Positions 18,594 to 29,344 of a stretch of 64,000 nt of DNA are shown here, in pieces. The translations under genes and the position numbers were made by a program. The stretch is from an uncultured Bifidobacteriaceae bacterium (GTDB taxonomy: Bacteria; Bacteroidota; Bacteroidia; UKL13-3): assembly GCA_964535575.1 (NCBI GenBank), contig CAZHTC010000003.1, forward strand, positions 112,640-176,639, written 5' to 3'. Position 1 is the stretch's first letter, and every line of letters starts with the position of its first letter. The notes under the pieces are model-generated. The model had not been told where the DNA came from. It worked only from the letters and a program-made list of their open reading frames with translations, and ran no database searches.

Positions 18594-21230
18594 ATGGAAC
18601 TGGCAACAAAATATACTCCGCAAAACATTGAGGACAAATGGTACAGCTACTGGACGAAGCACCGGTATTTTCACTCGGAACCCGATAACAGGGAGCCTTT
18701 CACCATTGTCATTCCGCCACCCAATGTTACCGGAGTATTGCACATGGGCCATATGCTCAATAACACCATTCAGGATGTGCTTACCCGCAGGGCACGCATG
18801 CAGGGGAAAAATGCCTGTTGGGTACCGGGAACCGACCACGCCAGCATTGCTACCGAAGCCAAAGTGGTGCAGATGCTTCGTGAAAAAGGCATCAAAAAAT
18901 CTGACCTCTCTCGCGAAGACTTTTTGAAATATGCCTGGGAATGGAAGGAGAAATACGGGGGCATTATTTTAAAACAATTGGAAAAACTGGGCGCCAGTTG
19001 CGACTGGGAGCGTACCCGTTTTACCATGGAGCCCGAAATGAGTAATGCCGTTACCGATGTGTTTATAGACCTGTATACAAAAGGAATGATTTACCGCGGA
19101 CTGCGCATGGTGAACTGGGATCCGCAGGGCAAAACCGCGCTGAGTGATGAAGAGGTAATTTATAAGGAAGTAAACAGCAAACTCTATTACATCAATTACC
19201 AACTGGCTGATGGAAATGGAAATGTAACGATTGCCACCACTCGCCCCGAAACCATTTTGGCCGATACGGCTGTTTGTGTAAACCCCAATGATGTGCGATT
19301 CAAACACCTTATTGGGAAAAAAGCCCTGGTGCCCTTCATTAACCGGGAAATTCCAATTATTGCCGATGAATACGTGGCGATGGATTTTGGTACCGGATGT
19401 TTAAAAGTTACTCCGGCTCACGACCTCAACGATTATGAACTGGGCAAAAAACACGGACTTCCGGTAATTGATATTTTAACCGAAGAAGGTTTCTTAAACG
19501 AAAAGGCCGAAGACAAGCGCTATATAGGAAAAGACCGCTTTGCCGTGCGTAAACAAATTGCCCTTAACCTGGAAGAGGCCGGATACATTGCCAAAATTGA
19601 AGAATACAAAAACCAGGTGGGCACCAGCGAGCGCACCGGTGCCGTAATTGAACCACGGTTGAGTTTGCAATGGTGGGTGGATATGAAGAAGTTTGTGGCT
19701 AAAAATCCACAAGTATTGGATGCCGTGATGAGTAATGAAATTAAGTTTCATCCGGCCAAAATGAAAAATACCTATAAACACTGGATAGATAATATCAAAG
19801 ACTGGTGCATCTCACGCCAGTTGTGGTGGGGACAGCGCATCCCGGCATGGTATGATGAAAAGGGAAATTACGTGGTGGCTAAAACCCATGAAGCAGCGCT
19901 GGAAAAATACAGCGAGTTACATGGTAAAAAGGTGGAATCGTTACATCAGGATGAAGATGTGGTTGATACCTGGTTTAGTTCATGGCTCTGGCCCATCAGC
20001 GTGTTTGATGGGTTTAAAGACAAAAACAATGCTGATATCAAATATTATTATCCTACCAACGATCTGGTGACAGCACCTGAAATCATGTTTTTTTGGGTGG
20101 CACGTATGATCATGGCCGGTTACGAGTGGATGGGACAAAAACCGTTCAGCAATGTATATTATACTGGTATTGTTCGCGACAAACAACGCAGAAAAATGAG
20201 CAAAAGCCTGGGTAATTCTCCCGACCCGCTCGATTTAATTGCTGCCAATGGTGCCGATGCCGTGCGTATGGGTATGTTGTTGTGCTCACCTGCCGGAAAT
20301 GATATTTTGTTTGATGAATCGCTGATTGAACAGGGAAGGAATTTCAATAATAAAATTTGGAATGCCTTTAGGCTGATTAACGGATGGGAGGTAAAACCCG
20401 ACCATGCATTTGATGCAGAAATTTTAAAGTCAAATCAACTTTCGGCACAGTGGTTTGCAGGCAGAATGAATGAGGCCGTAAAGGATATTGAGGAGAAGTT
20501 TTCCGATTACAAGCTGAGCGAAGCATTGATGGCCATTTACAAACTCATATGGGACGATTACTGCTCGTGGTACCTGGAGATGGTAAAGCCAGGTTTTCAG
20601 CAACCCATTGATCAGACCACTTACAACAATACCATTTCCTTCTTTGACGAACTTATGCGGTTGCTGCATCCGTTTATGCCTTTTATCACCGAGGAAATAT
20701 GGCAGCAGATTAGTGAAAGAAAAGAAGGCGAAAGTGTTTGTCTGGCCGCTTATCCGCAAAGCAAACATACCGGCACAAAGGATATGGCACGGGTTTTTGA
20801 ATGCATTGCTCAGATTCGAAATTTGCGAAACTCAAAAGGACTAAGCCCTAAGGAAGCTTTTGCAATTGCGGTTAAAACAACACAGCAGCAGGCTTACAAT
20901 CCGTATTTTTTCCTGATTAAAAAACTGGCTAATGTGAGTGAAATATCATTTGTAGAGGTAAAACAAGAAGGTGCCATTTTGCTACCGGTTGATACAGATG
21001 AAATTTACGTTTATCTGCAACTGGAGGTAGATGCAGATGCCGAAAAAGAAAAACTCACTAAAGAAATAGAATACCTCAGTGGTTTTCTTAAATCAGTAGA
21101 GGCCAAGCTGAGCAACCAGAAATTTGTAGCCAACGCCAAACCTGAGTTGGTAGAAAAAGAACGTCAGAAAAAAGCAGATGCCGAAGCTAAGATGAAAGTA
21201 CTTGAGCAAAGCCTTGCCTCGCTGAAATAA
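18594..21230 (+). CDS. valS: Valyl-tRNA synthetase
   Basis: 878 aa with the HIGH motif PPPNVTGVLHMGH and the KMSKS motif KMSKSLGN. A C-terminal coiled coil is present. Confidence 0.97.
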   Translation: MELATKYTPQNIEDKWYSYWTKHRYFHSEPDNREPFTIVIPPPNVTGVLHMGHMLNNTIQDVLTRRARMQGKNACWVPGTDHASIATEAKVVQMLREKGIKKSDLSREDFLKYAWEWKEKYGGIILKQLEKLGASCDWERTRFTMEPEMSNAVTDVFIDLYTKGMIYRGLRMVNWDPQGKTALSDEEVIYKEVNSKLYYINYQLADGNGNVTIATTRPETILADTAVCVNPNDVRFKHLIGKKALVPFINREIPIIADEYVAMDFGTGCLKVTPAHDLNDYELGKKHGLPVIDILTEEGFLNEKAEDKRYIGKDRFAVRKQIALNLEEAGYIAKIEEYKNQVGTSERTGAVIEPRLSLQWWVDMKKFVAKNPQVLDAVMSNEIKFHPAKMKNTYKHWIDNIKDWCISRQLWWGQRIPAWYDEKGNYVVAKTHEAALEKYSELHGKKVESLHQDEDVVDTWFSSWLWPISVFDGFKDKNNADIKYYYPTNDLVTAPEIMFFWVARMIMAGYEWMGQKPFSNVYYTGIVRDKQRRKMSKSLGNSPDPLDLIAANGADAVRMGMLLCSPAGNDILFDESLIEQGRNFNNKIWNAFRLINGWEVKPDHAFDAEILKSNQLSAQWFAGRMNEAVKDIEEKFSDYKLSEALMAIYKLIWDDYCSWYLEMVKPGFQQPIDQTTYNNTISFFDELMRLLHPFMPFITEEIWQQISERKEGESVCLAAYPQSKHTGTKDMARVFECIAQIRNLRNSKGLSPKEAFAIAVKTTQQQAYNPYFFLIKKLANVSEISFVEVKQEGAILLPVDTDEIYVYLQLEVDADAEKEKLTKEIEYLSGFLKSVEAKLSNQKFVANAKPELVEKERQKKADAEAKMKVLEQSLASLK

Positions 21231-21279
21231 GGTTCGGGAAAAAATTGTAATTTACGCACTGGTAAAAAATTATCAGTAA

Positions 21280-23190
21280 GTGGGGGCTCCCGGCATATAT
21301 CAGGTTTTAAAACAATATTGGGGATATGAACAGTTTCGACCGTTGCAGGAAGAAATTATTCAATCGGTGCTTGCCGGAAAAGATACGTTGGCACTGTTGC
21401 CCACCGGTGGCGGAAAATCACTTTGCTTTCAGGTTCCTGCTTTAGTTTCTGAGGGTATTTGTGTGGTGGTTTCGCCACTTATCGCACTAATGAAAGATCA
21501 GGTGGAGAATTTGCGCGCACGTGGAATCAAAGCCGAAGCGGTTTATTCAGGCATGTCATCGAGAGAAATAGATCGTATACTCGATAATTGCGCTTATGGA
21601 GATATTCGTTTTCTTTATGTTTCGCCCGAGCGTTTATCAACCGATTTGTTTAAGGCCCGCGTGCAAAAAATGAAAGTAAATTTATTAGCGGTGGATGAAG
21701 CACATTGTATTTCGCAATGGGGATACGATTTCAGGCCCGAGTATTTGCAAATTGCCGAGATACGTCCTTTGCTCAAAGGGGTTCCCGTTTTAGCCTTAAC
21801 AGCGAGTGCTACAAAGCAGGTAGTAGAGGATATTCAACAGCGATTGCAATTCCCGAAATTGAATGTTTTCAGAAAAAGTTTTGAGCGCAAGAATCTTCAT
21901 TACCACGTCAGGACTGTTGAAGACAAAAATGCCAAAATGATTGACGTGTGCCGCAATGTAAAAGGCACTGGCATTGTGTATGTACGAAACCGCAGGTCCA
22001 CCAAAGAACTTGCAGCCCTGCTGGTAAAAAATAAAATCAGTGCCGATTTTTACCATGCCGGACTTACGCATAAAGAACGAGAACAGAAACAAAACAACTG
22101 GAAACAAAACAAAACAAGGGTAATGGTTTGTACTAATGCTTTTGGAATGGGCATAGATAAACCCGATGTGCGCTTTGTGGTGCATTACGAAATTCCGGAT
22201 GGCCCCGAAGCTTATTATCAGGAAGCAGGAAGGGCTGGCAGAGATGAAGAAAAGGCATTTGCGGTTTTACTCTTTAACAAGGCTGATAAAACTGAGGCCG
22301 AACTGAAACTTAAAAACAGCATTCCTAAGGAGGAAGATATAAAAAGAGTATACAATGCATTGGGAGCTTACCTTAATATAGCTATAGGTGCTGGCGAAAT
22401 GCAAACTTACCAGTTCGATTTGGCCCAGTTTGCACAACGGTTTAAAGTACCCGGGCCACTAGCCTACAACAGCCTTAAGATTTTGGAGCAGGAAGGTTTT
22501 ATTCGCCTTTCAGATGCTATCCATGAGCCGTCAAGAGTGATGTTTACCGTGAACAATGCCGAACTTTACCGCTTTCAGGTAGCTCATGCGCATTTCGACC
22601 CATTTGTTAAAATGATTCTCCGTTTATATGGCGGTATGTTCGATGAATATGTAATCATTCATGAAGAAGATATTGCTGCCAAGCTGAAAATAACGGCTGC
22701 TGAAGTAGTAACGTTTTTAGACCAGTTAAAACAATACAATCTTATTGATTATATAAAACAAACCGATAGCCCTAAAGTTACTTTTGTTAAAGAACGATTT
22801 AATTCTTCCAATTTACGCATCGATAAAAAACTTCTTCATTTCAGAGAAGAGGTTCAAACAACACGATTAAAAGCAGTGATTGGATATGCCGAACAATATA
22901 CGGTGTGCCGAAGCCGTTACCTGTTACATTATTTTGATGAGGTAAACACGGGCGACTGTGGAGTATGCGATGTGTGTTTATTGAAAAATGAACTCGACCT
23001 TACCGATAGAGAAATTGAAGAAATTTTTAAAGCTATACAGGCTGAGCTTAACAACGGGTTATGTGACACAAAAATGCTGGTAAAAGCTTTACGTTTGCAG
23101 GAGAAAAAAGTACTGGCCGTTTTGCAACTTGCGTTGGAACACGACCTTGTTTATACCGATAAAAAGGGGATGCTTAATTGGAAGAAATGA
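21280..23190 (+). CDS. recQ: ATP-dependent DNA helicase RecQ
   Basis: GYEQFRPLQEEII, LLPTGGGKSLCFQVPAL, DEAHCISQWGYDFRPEY, a zinc-binding Cys cluster and HRDC-like C-terminus are present. The start is a GTG directly after an in-frame stop. Confidence 0.9.
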   Translation: MGAPGIYQVLKQYWGYEQFRPLQEEIIQSVLAGKDTLALLPTGGGKSLCFQVPALVSEGICVVVSPLIALMKDQVENLRARGIKAEAVYSGMSSREIDRILDNCAYGDIRFLYVSPERLSTDLFKARVQKMKVNLLAVDEAHCISQWGYDFRPEYLQIAEIRPLLKGVPVLALTASATKQVVEDIQQRLQFPKLNVFRKSFERKNLHYHVRTVEDKNAKMIDVCRNVKGTGIVYVRNRRSTKELAALLVKNKISADFYHAGLTHKEREQKQNNWKQNKTRVMVCTNAFGMGIDKPDVRFVVHYEIPDGPEAYYQEAGRAGRDEEKAFAVLLFNKADKTEAELKLKNSIPKEEDIKRVYNALGAYLNIAIGAGEMQTYQFDLAQFAQRFKVPGPLAYNSLKILEQEGFIRLSDAIHEPSRVMFTVNNAELYRFQVAHAHFDPFVKMILRLYGGMFDEYVIIHEEDIAAKLKITAAEVVTFLDQLKQYNLIDYIKQTDSPKVTFVKERFNSSNLRIDKKLLHFREEVQTTRLKAVIGYAEQYTVCRSRYLLHYFDEVNTGDCGVCDVCLLKNELDLTDREIEEIFKAIQAELNNGLCDTKMLVKALRLQEKKVLAVLQLALEHDLVYTDKKGMLNWKK

Positions 23191-24269
23191 AAACCGTAAT
23201 ATTCACAGTAATCAATGACCTTACTTATGATCAGCGCATGCAGAAAATTTGCACCACGCTGGCCAAAAGCGGGTGGGAGGTTACTTTGGTAGGGAGAAAA
23301 CTACCGGCATCGGTTTCTTTAACTTCCCCAGGCTACTCTGAAAAGCGACTTTCCTGCCTTTTTCTTAAAGGCAAGTTGTTTTATGTTGAATACAATATCC
23401 GATTGTTTTTTTATTTGTTGTTCCGCTCAACTGAGGTGATAAGTGCAGTGGATGCCGACACGCTGCTTCCTTGTTTTCTGGTCTCAAAAATCAGGTCGCG
23501 CAAGTTGGTATTTGATGCACATGAATATTTTTCGGAAGTGCCCGAACTGGCAGAAAGACCAAAAACAAAAAAAGTGTGGCAATGGGTGGAACGAACTTTT
23601 ATTCCGGCTGTAAAAAATAAATATACGGTAAGTGAAAGTCTGGCCGAGGAGTTTACCAAAAAATTCAACACATCATTTGAAGTGATACGAAATATGCCGT
23701 TTAAAAGTGTGGCCAACCCAGAACTTTCAGACGAAAAGTTTATTCTTTATCAGGGAGCATTAAATGAAGGAAGGGCGTTGGAACAGTTAATTTTTGCCAT
23801 GCACCGTATTCCAATCAAACTGAAAATTGCCGGTGAGGGAGATTTAAGTATAACTTTAAGAGAACTTGTGCAGAAGGAAGGCCTTTCGGATAAAGTGGAG
23901 TTTTTGGGTTTTGTCTCTCCGCAGCAGTTGAGGGAACTTACTGCAAAGGCCTATCTAGGCTACAATTTATTAACCAATAAAGGACTGAGTTACTATTATT
24001 CGCTCAGCAATAAATTTTTTGATTACCTGCAGGCAGGTGTTCCTTCCATTAACCCCGATTTCCCTGAGTATAGAAAAATAATAGCACAACACAAGATCGG
24101 TATTACATGTCATCCTGATTCGGATATTATTGCCTCGGAGGTGAACCGTATTTTGGCAAATGAGCACTTTTATCATAATTTGCAAACTGAATGTATGCGC
24201 ACACGGCATCTTTTTACATGGGAAAACGAATCAAATAGGTTAATTAAATTGTATGAAGCACTCCGGTGA
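23187..24269 (+). CDS. Glycosyltransferase (GT4-like)
   Basis: The N-terminal Rossmann-like domain reads MKTVIFTVINDLTYDQRMQK. The C-terminal domain carries E-x7-E-like motifs. Its ATG overlaps the recQ stop as ATGA. Confidence 0.55.
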   Translation: MKTVIFTVINDLTYDQRMQKICTTLAKSGWEVTLVGRKLPASVSLTSPGYSEKRLSCLFLKGKLFYVEYNIRLFFYLLFRSTEVISAVDADTLLPCFLVSKIRSRKLVFDAHEYFSEVPELAERPKTKKVWQWVERTFIPAVKNKYTVSESLAEEFTKKFNTSFEVIRNMPFKSVANPELSDEKFILYQGALNEGRALEQLIFAMHRIPIKLKIAGEGDLSITLRELVQKEGLSDKVEFLGFVSPQQLRELTAKAYLGYNLLTNKGLSYYYSLSNKFFDYLQAGVPSINPDFPEYRKIIAQHKIGITCHPDSDIIASEVNRILANEHFYHNLQTECMRTRHLFTWENESNRLIKLYEALR

Positions 24270-25392
24270 GCATATTCATCTTATTTCGTTTGATGTACCA
24301 TTTCCTGCCGATTATGGGGGTGTGATCGATGTATTTTACAAAATCAAGGCACTTCATGAACTCGGAGTGAAAATTCATCTACACGCCTATCACTACGGTC
24401 GGAATGTGGCTCCGCAGCTGGAAGAATTATGCCATAAAGTTTACTACTATAAGCGCAAAACATATAAAAATCCGTTTATAAGCCGGGTGCCATACATTGT
24501 AAATAGCCGCAATGATGATAATTTATTAAGAAATCTTTTGTATGATGATCATCCCATTATTTTCGAAGGACTTCATACCACCTATCATTTATCGGATAAA
24601 TTGCTTCGCAAGCGATTAAAAATTGTGCGCATGCACAATATAGAGCATCATTACTACGCCAAACTGGAAGAGGCAGAGAAAAATTTTTTTAAAAAGTATT
24701 TCTTCAAAACGGAGTCGGAGAAACTAAGAATCTATGAACGAGTTTTAAATCAGGCTCAACTTATTGCGGCCATCTCACCTGCCGATTTTGGTTACTTTTC
24801 AAAAAAGTTTAAATCGGTTTTTTACCTGCCCGTTTTTCATTCCAATCAACAGGTAACTATTGATGGGAAAAGCGAACCATATGTGTTGTATCATGGCAAT
24901 TTGGCTGTAGGTGAAAATGATGTAGCCGCCTTATTTTTACTGCGCGAAATTTTTAATGATATTACCGATATAAAATTGGTTATTGCAGGCAACAATCCCT
25001 CTGCCGAATTACTGAATCAAGTGCAGGGGCGACCAAATGTTGAATTAATCACATCAGTTTCCACCGCAGGCATTGACGAACTTATTGCTAAAGCACATAT
25101 AAACTTACTTCCTACATTTCAGGATACGGGAATAAAACTGAAACTCATTAATGCGCTTTACAAAGGAAAATTTTGTATGGTAAACAGTATGATGGTTAAA
25201 AGTACAGGGCTCGAGAAATTGTGTATTATAAAAGATAAGCCCGATCAAATGAAAAATGAGATTAAACGATTAATGAAACAGGCTTTTGATTTGAATCAGA
25301 TTAACCAGCGAAAAGAATTACTTGAGAATAGTTTTTGCAACGAGAAAAATGCCGCTCTGCTTGTTTCGGAAATTGATAAACTCAGAACTTAA
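24253..25392 (+). CDS. Glycosyltransferase family 1-like protein
   Basis: 379 aa. The C-terminal region LVIAGNNPSAELL...LLPTFQDTGIKLKLINALYKG resembles a GT-B nucleotide-sugar-binding domain. It overlaps the upstream gene by 17 nt. Confidence 0.45.
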   Translation: MKHSGEHIHLISFDVPFPADYGGVIDVFYKIKALHELGVKIHLHAYHYGRNVAPQLEELCHKVYYYKRKTYKNPFISRVPYIVNSRNDDNLLRNLLYDDHPIIFEGLHTTYHLSDKLLRKRLKIVRMHNIEHHYYAKLEEAEKNFFKKYFFKTESEKLRIYERVLNQAQLIAAISPADFGYFSKKFKSVFYLPVFHSNQQVTIDGKSEPYVLYHGNLAVGENDVAALFLLREIFNDITDIKLVIAGNNPSAELLNQVQGRPNVELITSVSTAGIDELIAKAHINLLPTFQDTGIKLKLINALYKGKFCMVNSMMVKSTGLEKLCIIKDKPDQMKNEIKRLMKQAFDLNQINQRKELLENSFCNEKNAALLVSEIDKLRT

Positions 25393-26065
25393 AATTTTCT
25401 ATCAGACGCCCGTTTTCACATTTAAGAATTCGGCTGTTAAATTTATCAATCAGTCGGTAATCGTGGGTAGCCATTATAACAGCCGTACCGCCCGATGCAA
25501 TCTGGTGTAGCAGTTTCATAATTTCATCCGAAGTTTCCGGATCAAGATTTCCGGTTGGCTCATCGGCAAGTATCACTTCCGGGTTATTAAGCAAAGCACG
25601 GGCTATCACCACGCGTTGTTGCTCCCCGCCCGAAAGTTCATGCGGCATTTTAAAATCTTTGGTAGCCAGCCCCACTTTTTCCAGCACTTCTACAATTCGA
25701 TTTTTAATTTCATCGTCCTTTTTCCAACCGGTTGCCTTAAGTACAAATTCCAGATTTTTAAAAACACTTCTGTCGGTGAGTAATTGAAAATCCTGAAATA
25801 CGATTCCGAGTTTCCTTCTCAGATAAGGGATATCTTTTTTCTTCAGCTCCTTAAGTGCGGTTCCGGCAATAGTGGCTTCTCCATTGGTCACAGGTACTTC
25901 TCCATACAGGGTTTTGAGTAATGACGATTTTCCGCTTCCGGTTTTCCCTATCAGGTAGCAAAACTCCCCCTGAAATACCGAAAAAGTAACATCATCAAGA
26001 ATGAGATTCTTTTGCTGAAAGATATCTACTTTTTGAAAAGAAATAATTTGCGTTTTTTCAGTCAT
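25382..26065 (-). CDS. ftsE: Cell-division ABC ATPase FtsE
   Basis: Walker [16 protein letters not shown] signature [15 protein letters not shown] and Walker [12 protein letters not shown] are present. The length is 227 aa. Confidence 0.85.
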   Translation of the reverse strand: MTEKTQIISFQKVDIFQQKNLILDDVTFSVFQGEFCYLIGKTGSGKSSLLKTLYGEVPVTNGEATIAGTALKELKKKDIPYLRRKLGIVFQDFQLLTDRSVFKNLEFVLKATGWKKDDEIKNRIVEVLEKVGLATKDFKMPHELSGGEQQRVVIARALLNNPEVILADEPTGNLDPETSDEIMKLLHQIASGGTAVIMATHDYRLIDKFNSRILKCENGRLIENFKF

Positions 26066-26267
26066 TCAAATTGATTTTGTGCATTTTGCCGAACGGAATT
26101 TTGGCTAATTCATCTAAAATAACCTGTTGTTTGTGCTCTAATCCGCATTTAGCCAGTGCCCTTTCCGGACGGTCGAGGCGAAAATAGGCAATCAGGGTGA
26201 ATTGTTCATCTCGCAGTTGAACGTAATCCGGAATCTTTGCTTTTCCTTTAATTTTAATTAGGTACAA
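26058..26267 (-). CDS. Small hypothetical protein upstream of ftsE (TTG start)
   Basis: 69-aa ORF overlapping the ftsE start by 8 nt, with no recognisable motif. It may not be expressed. Confidence 0.25.
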   Translation of the reverse strand: MYLIKIKGKAKIPDYVQLRDEQFTLIAYFRLDRPERALAKCGLEHKQQVILDELAKIPFGKMHKINLND

Positions 26268-26328
26268 GGGGATTTTTTCTTAACTTCGCCACAAATTTAA
26301 TAGTTAACATCCAATAATTTAATATTAT

Positions 26329-28095
26329 ATGAAATTCAAACAGACGTATTTAGCTGCGCTTATTACTTTAGGAATGGTGGTAGTGGCTGGTTGTAGCGTT
26401 AAGAACAACATGGGTAAAAACAGGTATCAGGTAGAACCTGAGGTGCTTGAGGTAAACGGGGATTCAGTTGCATTTACTGTTACTGCTATTGTTCCCGAAA
26501 AATCCATTAACCCAAAAGCTAATATCAAATTTGAGCCTGTGCTTAAAACGGATAAAGGCGAAACAGCACTGCGCACCCTCACTGTAGGTGGTGAAAGTGC
26601 CGAAGGAGTTGATGTGAAAATTAATTCTAAAACCGGAGGAAAGGTTTCGTACACAACTAAATTCAAGTATTCAGGAGACATGCGCAAAGCCAAAGTAATG
26701 TCGGGCTTTAGCGTGAAGGTTAAAGAAGACTACAAGTCGTTGAATGAATTGGAAGGTGTTGTAAAAGAAATTGCACAGGGAACCATCACCACTGCATATT
26801 TGGTCCGCACCAATGTAGCTCCAAAAGTTGCCGGAGATGCATATGCAGCTGAAATGTCAGGCAAATCGGTTGAAATTTATTTCCCTCAGGATAAGGCAAA
26901 ATTTGATCTTGCTTTCGGAATCAAGAAACTGAAAATTACCAATAAAGGTCAGGTTGAAGAGTTAAAAAAGATTCTTAAAAATGACCCTAAATTTGTACCG
27001 GGATATATCAAACTTACTTCGTTTGCTTCGCCTGACGGAGAATTGCAACGCAATGGTGGATTGGCAAAAAGCCGTTCTGAATCAAGTTATGCTTATTTCC
27101 AGAAAGAACTCAAAAAATTAGGTTTTGCTCAGGCCAATGACTCTAATTTTACCATGGGGTTTGAGGTAAGTGAGGATTGGGACGGAGTTAGAAAAGCTGT
27201 AGAAGCGTCTACACTTGCCGATAAAAACGAAATGCTCGTAATCATCAATAATAAAGGCATCAGTGATGACCAGCGTGAAGAGTCACTTCGTAACAACCAT
27301 CGCAAATCATACGACTGGTTAATCAGCGATGTATTTCCAAAACTGAGAAGATCTTCACTTACAGTAATGGGTTCTACTCCTTTGCGCACTGAAGCTGAAA
27401 TTATTGCTTTGGCCAAAGCAATGAAATTTGACAGTCTTAATGCTTCGGAATTATATCACCTCGGATACATTATGCCTGATGCAGACATGAAATTAAGAAT
27501 GGCCGATTATTATATTACCCGTTTTCCTGAAGACTGGAGAGCGTATAATGATAAAGCCGTATTGTTAATGTATCAGGCTAAATGGAATGATGCGTTAACC
27601 GAATTGATGAAGGCTAATAAACTGGCTGGCGCAAATGAGGCTATGTTGCAGCACAATGCGGGTATTTGTTTGTTGAACATGGGTAACCGTGCAAAAGCAG
27701 AAGAAATGTTTACCAAATCCAATGCTTCTTATGGATTAGGTGTAATTGCCATTCAAAAAGGAAACTATGCCGATGCCATTAACTACTTCAATAAATCCGG
27801 AGTAAAAGACGGAAACGTGGCTTTAGCTTATTTGCTCAACAAACAAACCAATGAGGCAAAAGCTGTATTGGAGTCAATGAAGCCAGAGCAAATGAACAGT
27901 TTCTCTTACTACCTGATGGCTATTGTAGGAGCCCGTACCGGTAACGTGGATATGTGTACCACCAACCTCAGCCGTTCGTTGGTTGAAGCGGGTAAAGAGG
28001 GAGTAGATTTAAATGCTGCAAAAAAATATGCAGCCGAAGATTTGGAATTCCGTGCCTTCTTCAGCAATCCTAATTTCCAGGCTGCTGTTAAATAA
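26329..28095 (+). CDS. Lipoprotein with C-terminal TPR-like repeats
   Basis: Lipobox VVAGCS. The C-terminal third has repeated A/Y/L-rich helical pairs (EAMLQHNAGICLLNMGNRAKAEEMF...) consistent with TPR repeats. Confidence 0.5.
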   Translation: MKFKQTYLAALITLGMVVVAGCSVKNNMGKNRYQVEPEVLEVNGDSVAFTVTAIVPEKSINPKANIKFEPVLKTDKGETALRTLTVGGESAEGVDVKINSKTGGKVSYTTKFKYSGDMRKAKVMSGFSVKVKEDYKSLNELEGVVKEIAQGTITTAYLVRTNVAPKVAGDAYAAEMSGKSVEIYFPQDKAKFDLAFGIKKLKITNKGQVEELKKILKNDPKFVPGYIKLTSFASPDGELQRNGGLAKSRSESSYAYFQKELKKLGFAQANDSNFTMGFEVSEDWDGVRKAVEASTLADKNEMLVIINNKGISDDQREESLRNNHRKSYDWLISDVFPKLRRSSLTVMGSTPLRTEAEIIALAKAMKFDSLNASELYHLGYIMPDADMKLRMADYYITRFPEDWRAYNDKAVLLMYQAKWNDALTELMKANKLAGANEAMLQHNAGICLLNMGNRAKAEEMFTKSNASYGLGVIAIQKGNYADAINYFNKSGVKDGNVALAYLLNKQTNEAKAVLESMKPEQMNSFSYYLMAIVGARTGNVDMCTTNLSRSLVEAGKEGVDLNAAKKYAAEDLEFRAFFSNPNFQAAVK

Positions 28096-28119
28096 GTATA
28101 ATAATAGCATATACTATAA

Positions 28120-28150
28120 TAAAAGGTCACCCCCGGGTGACCTTTTATGT
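28120..28150. terminator. Bidirectional terminator (perfect palindrome)
   Basis: aaaaggtcacc-cccg-ggtgacctttt lies between convergent genes. Confidence 0.55.
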
Positions 28151-28169
28151 TTAGGTAATATGCCGAAAT

Positions 28170-28535
28170 CTAATGTTGTTCCTCGTCTCTTTTTACCAGC
28201 ATATAATAGCTGCCATCCAGTGGCAGGTATCCATACTCGTAACAAAACATATAAACGTTTCCAGTTTTAGTACTGTATCGATGGGTGTGATAATAAAAAT
28301 TGAATCCCTTATCTGATAACCTTTGACCACTCACCTTAATTTTTCCTTCAGCAGCAGGTATCAGTTCTTTCATGATAAGCCGGTTTTTTCGAAGGATATT
28401 ATTTATGTTGCGCATATGGGTATCATCAGCCTTCAATCGGTTGTTGTAGGCGGTACGGCATTGGTCGTCACAAAATTTTTTGTCAATGCGGCCTTTTAAT
28501 TCGGCCTGGCAATACTGACAGGTGTTTAGCTTCAT
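28170..28535 (-). CDS. Hypothetical protein with an N-terminal C4 zinc ribbon
   Basis: CQYC-x12-CDDQC at the N-terminus. A basic region follows. Confidence 0.45.
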   Translation of the reverse strand: MKLNTCQYCQAELKGRIDKKFCDDQCRTAYNNRLKADDTHMRNINNILRKNRLIMKELIPAAEGKIKVSGQRLSDKGFNFYYHTHRYSTKTGNVYMFCYEYGYLPLDGSYYMLVKRDEEQH

Positions 28536-28574
28536 ATTATCTAAATTTCAGGCAATTTAATAAAAAATATTTCC

Positions 28575-28594
28575 GTGTACAAACGTGTACAAAC
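28575..28594. promoter_or_regulatory. Tandem direct repeat gtgtacaaac x2 in the divergent promoter region
   Basis: Exact 10-bp duplication, each copy containing the palindrome TGTACA. It sits 40 bp upstream of the zinc-ribbon gene and about 140 bp upstream of ssb. Confidence 0.5.
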
Positions 28595-28735
28595 GGGATT
28601 AGCCGATTCTAACCGGAAACTATACGGCTAACCTATTTAGCGCCCCCCACCTTTGTATCGTCAAATTGACAACAAGAGGCCATCGCGCAGCCTCACACGT
28701 TAAACAAATTATTAAACATTAAAAAAACACACGTT

Positions 28736-29080
28736 ATGAACAATTTAAGAAACAGCGTTCGCCTTATTGGCAATTTAGGAATGGATCCTGAAGTAAAAGA
28801 TTTAAACGGAGGCAAAAAACTGGCAAAATTCTCAGTTGCCACAAAAGAAACCTACAAAGATGAGCACGGGGAACGCATTACGGAAACCCAATGGCACAAC
28901 CTGATTGTATGGGGCAAGCAGGCCGAAATTGCTTCTAAATACCTTAAAAAAGGAAGTGAAGTGGTAATTGAAGGTAAGCTTACCAGCCGCAGCTACACCG
29001 ATAAAGAAGGGGTGAAGCGATATGTTACCGAAATTGTTGTGAATGAATTTCTGATGATGGGATCTAAGAAAGAAAACTAA
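28736..29080 (+). CDS. ssb: Single-stranded DNA-binding protein
   Basis: VRLIGNLGMDPEV...KFSVAT...TQWHNLIVWGKQAEIASKYLKKGSEVVIEGKLTSRSY is a typical SSB OB-fold sequence. Confidence 0.92.
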   Translation: MNNLRNSVRLIGNLGMDPEVKDLNGGKKLAKFSVATKETYKDEHGERITETQWHNLIVWGKQAEIASKYLKKGSEVVIEGKLTSRSYTDKEGVKRYVTEIVVNEFLMMGSKKEN

Positions 29081-29094
29081 TTTACTTTGATGAA

Positions 29095-29137
29095 AAAGGC
29101 GCCCTCATCCGGTCTTAATTTACCGGGGAGGGCGCTG
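29095..29137 (+). terminator. Rho-independent terminator after ssb
   Basis: ggcgccctc...gagggcgct stem followed by a T-rich tail. Confidence 0.55.
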
Positions 29138-29344
29138 ATTTATGAAAACGGGAGAAGTTATTTGCGCAAATAAAAACGGATAAACTGCCAGAGGCAATAA
29201 GGTAAATAAATGAGCCCTAGGAATAAAATTACTGCCTTAAGTTTCATACTGCTTTCGTTCTTATCAGACCCCACAACCAAAAAAAAGGTTGCATATAAAC
29301 CAAAACGGGCTTCAGGGAGTTACATTGTAGGTGTGAATAAATAA

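Noticed and set aside
23411-24209. Minus-strand ORFs 23411..23716 and 23970..24209 inside the glycosyltransferase genes
   Set aside because: They are antisense to longer plus-strand frames with GT-B-like motifs and have no start context or motifs.
28575-28594. Tandem gtgtacaaac repeats as an E. coli-type LexA box (CTGT-N8-ACAG)
   Set aside because: Spacing and flanks do not fit the gammaproteobacterial consensus. It is kept only as a generic candidate operator.
29081-29344. tRNA or sRNA gene in the 264-bp gap after ssb, and in other ORF-free gaps (43698-44347, 36098-36267)
   Set aside because: Reading both strands revealed no GTTCGAATC-like T-loop, no cloverleaf-compatible acceptor pairing and no CCA-ended hairpin set.
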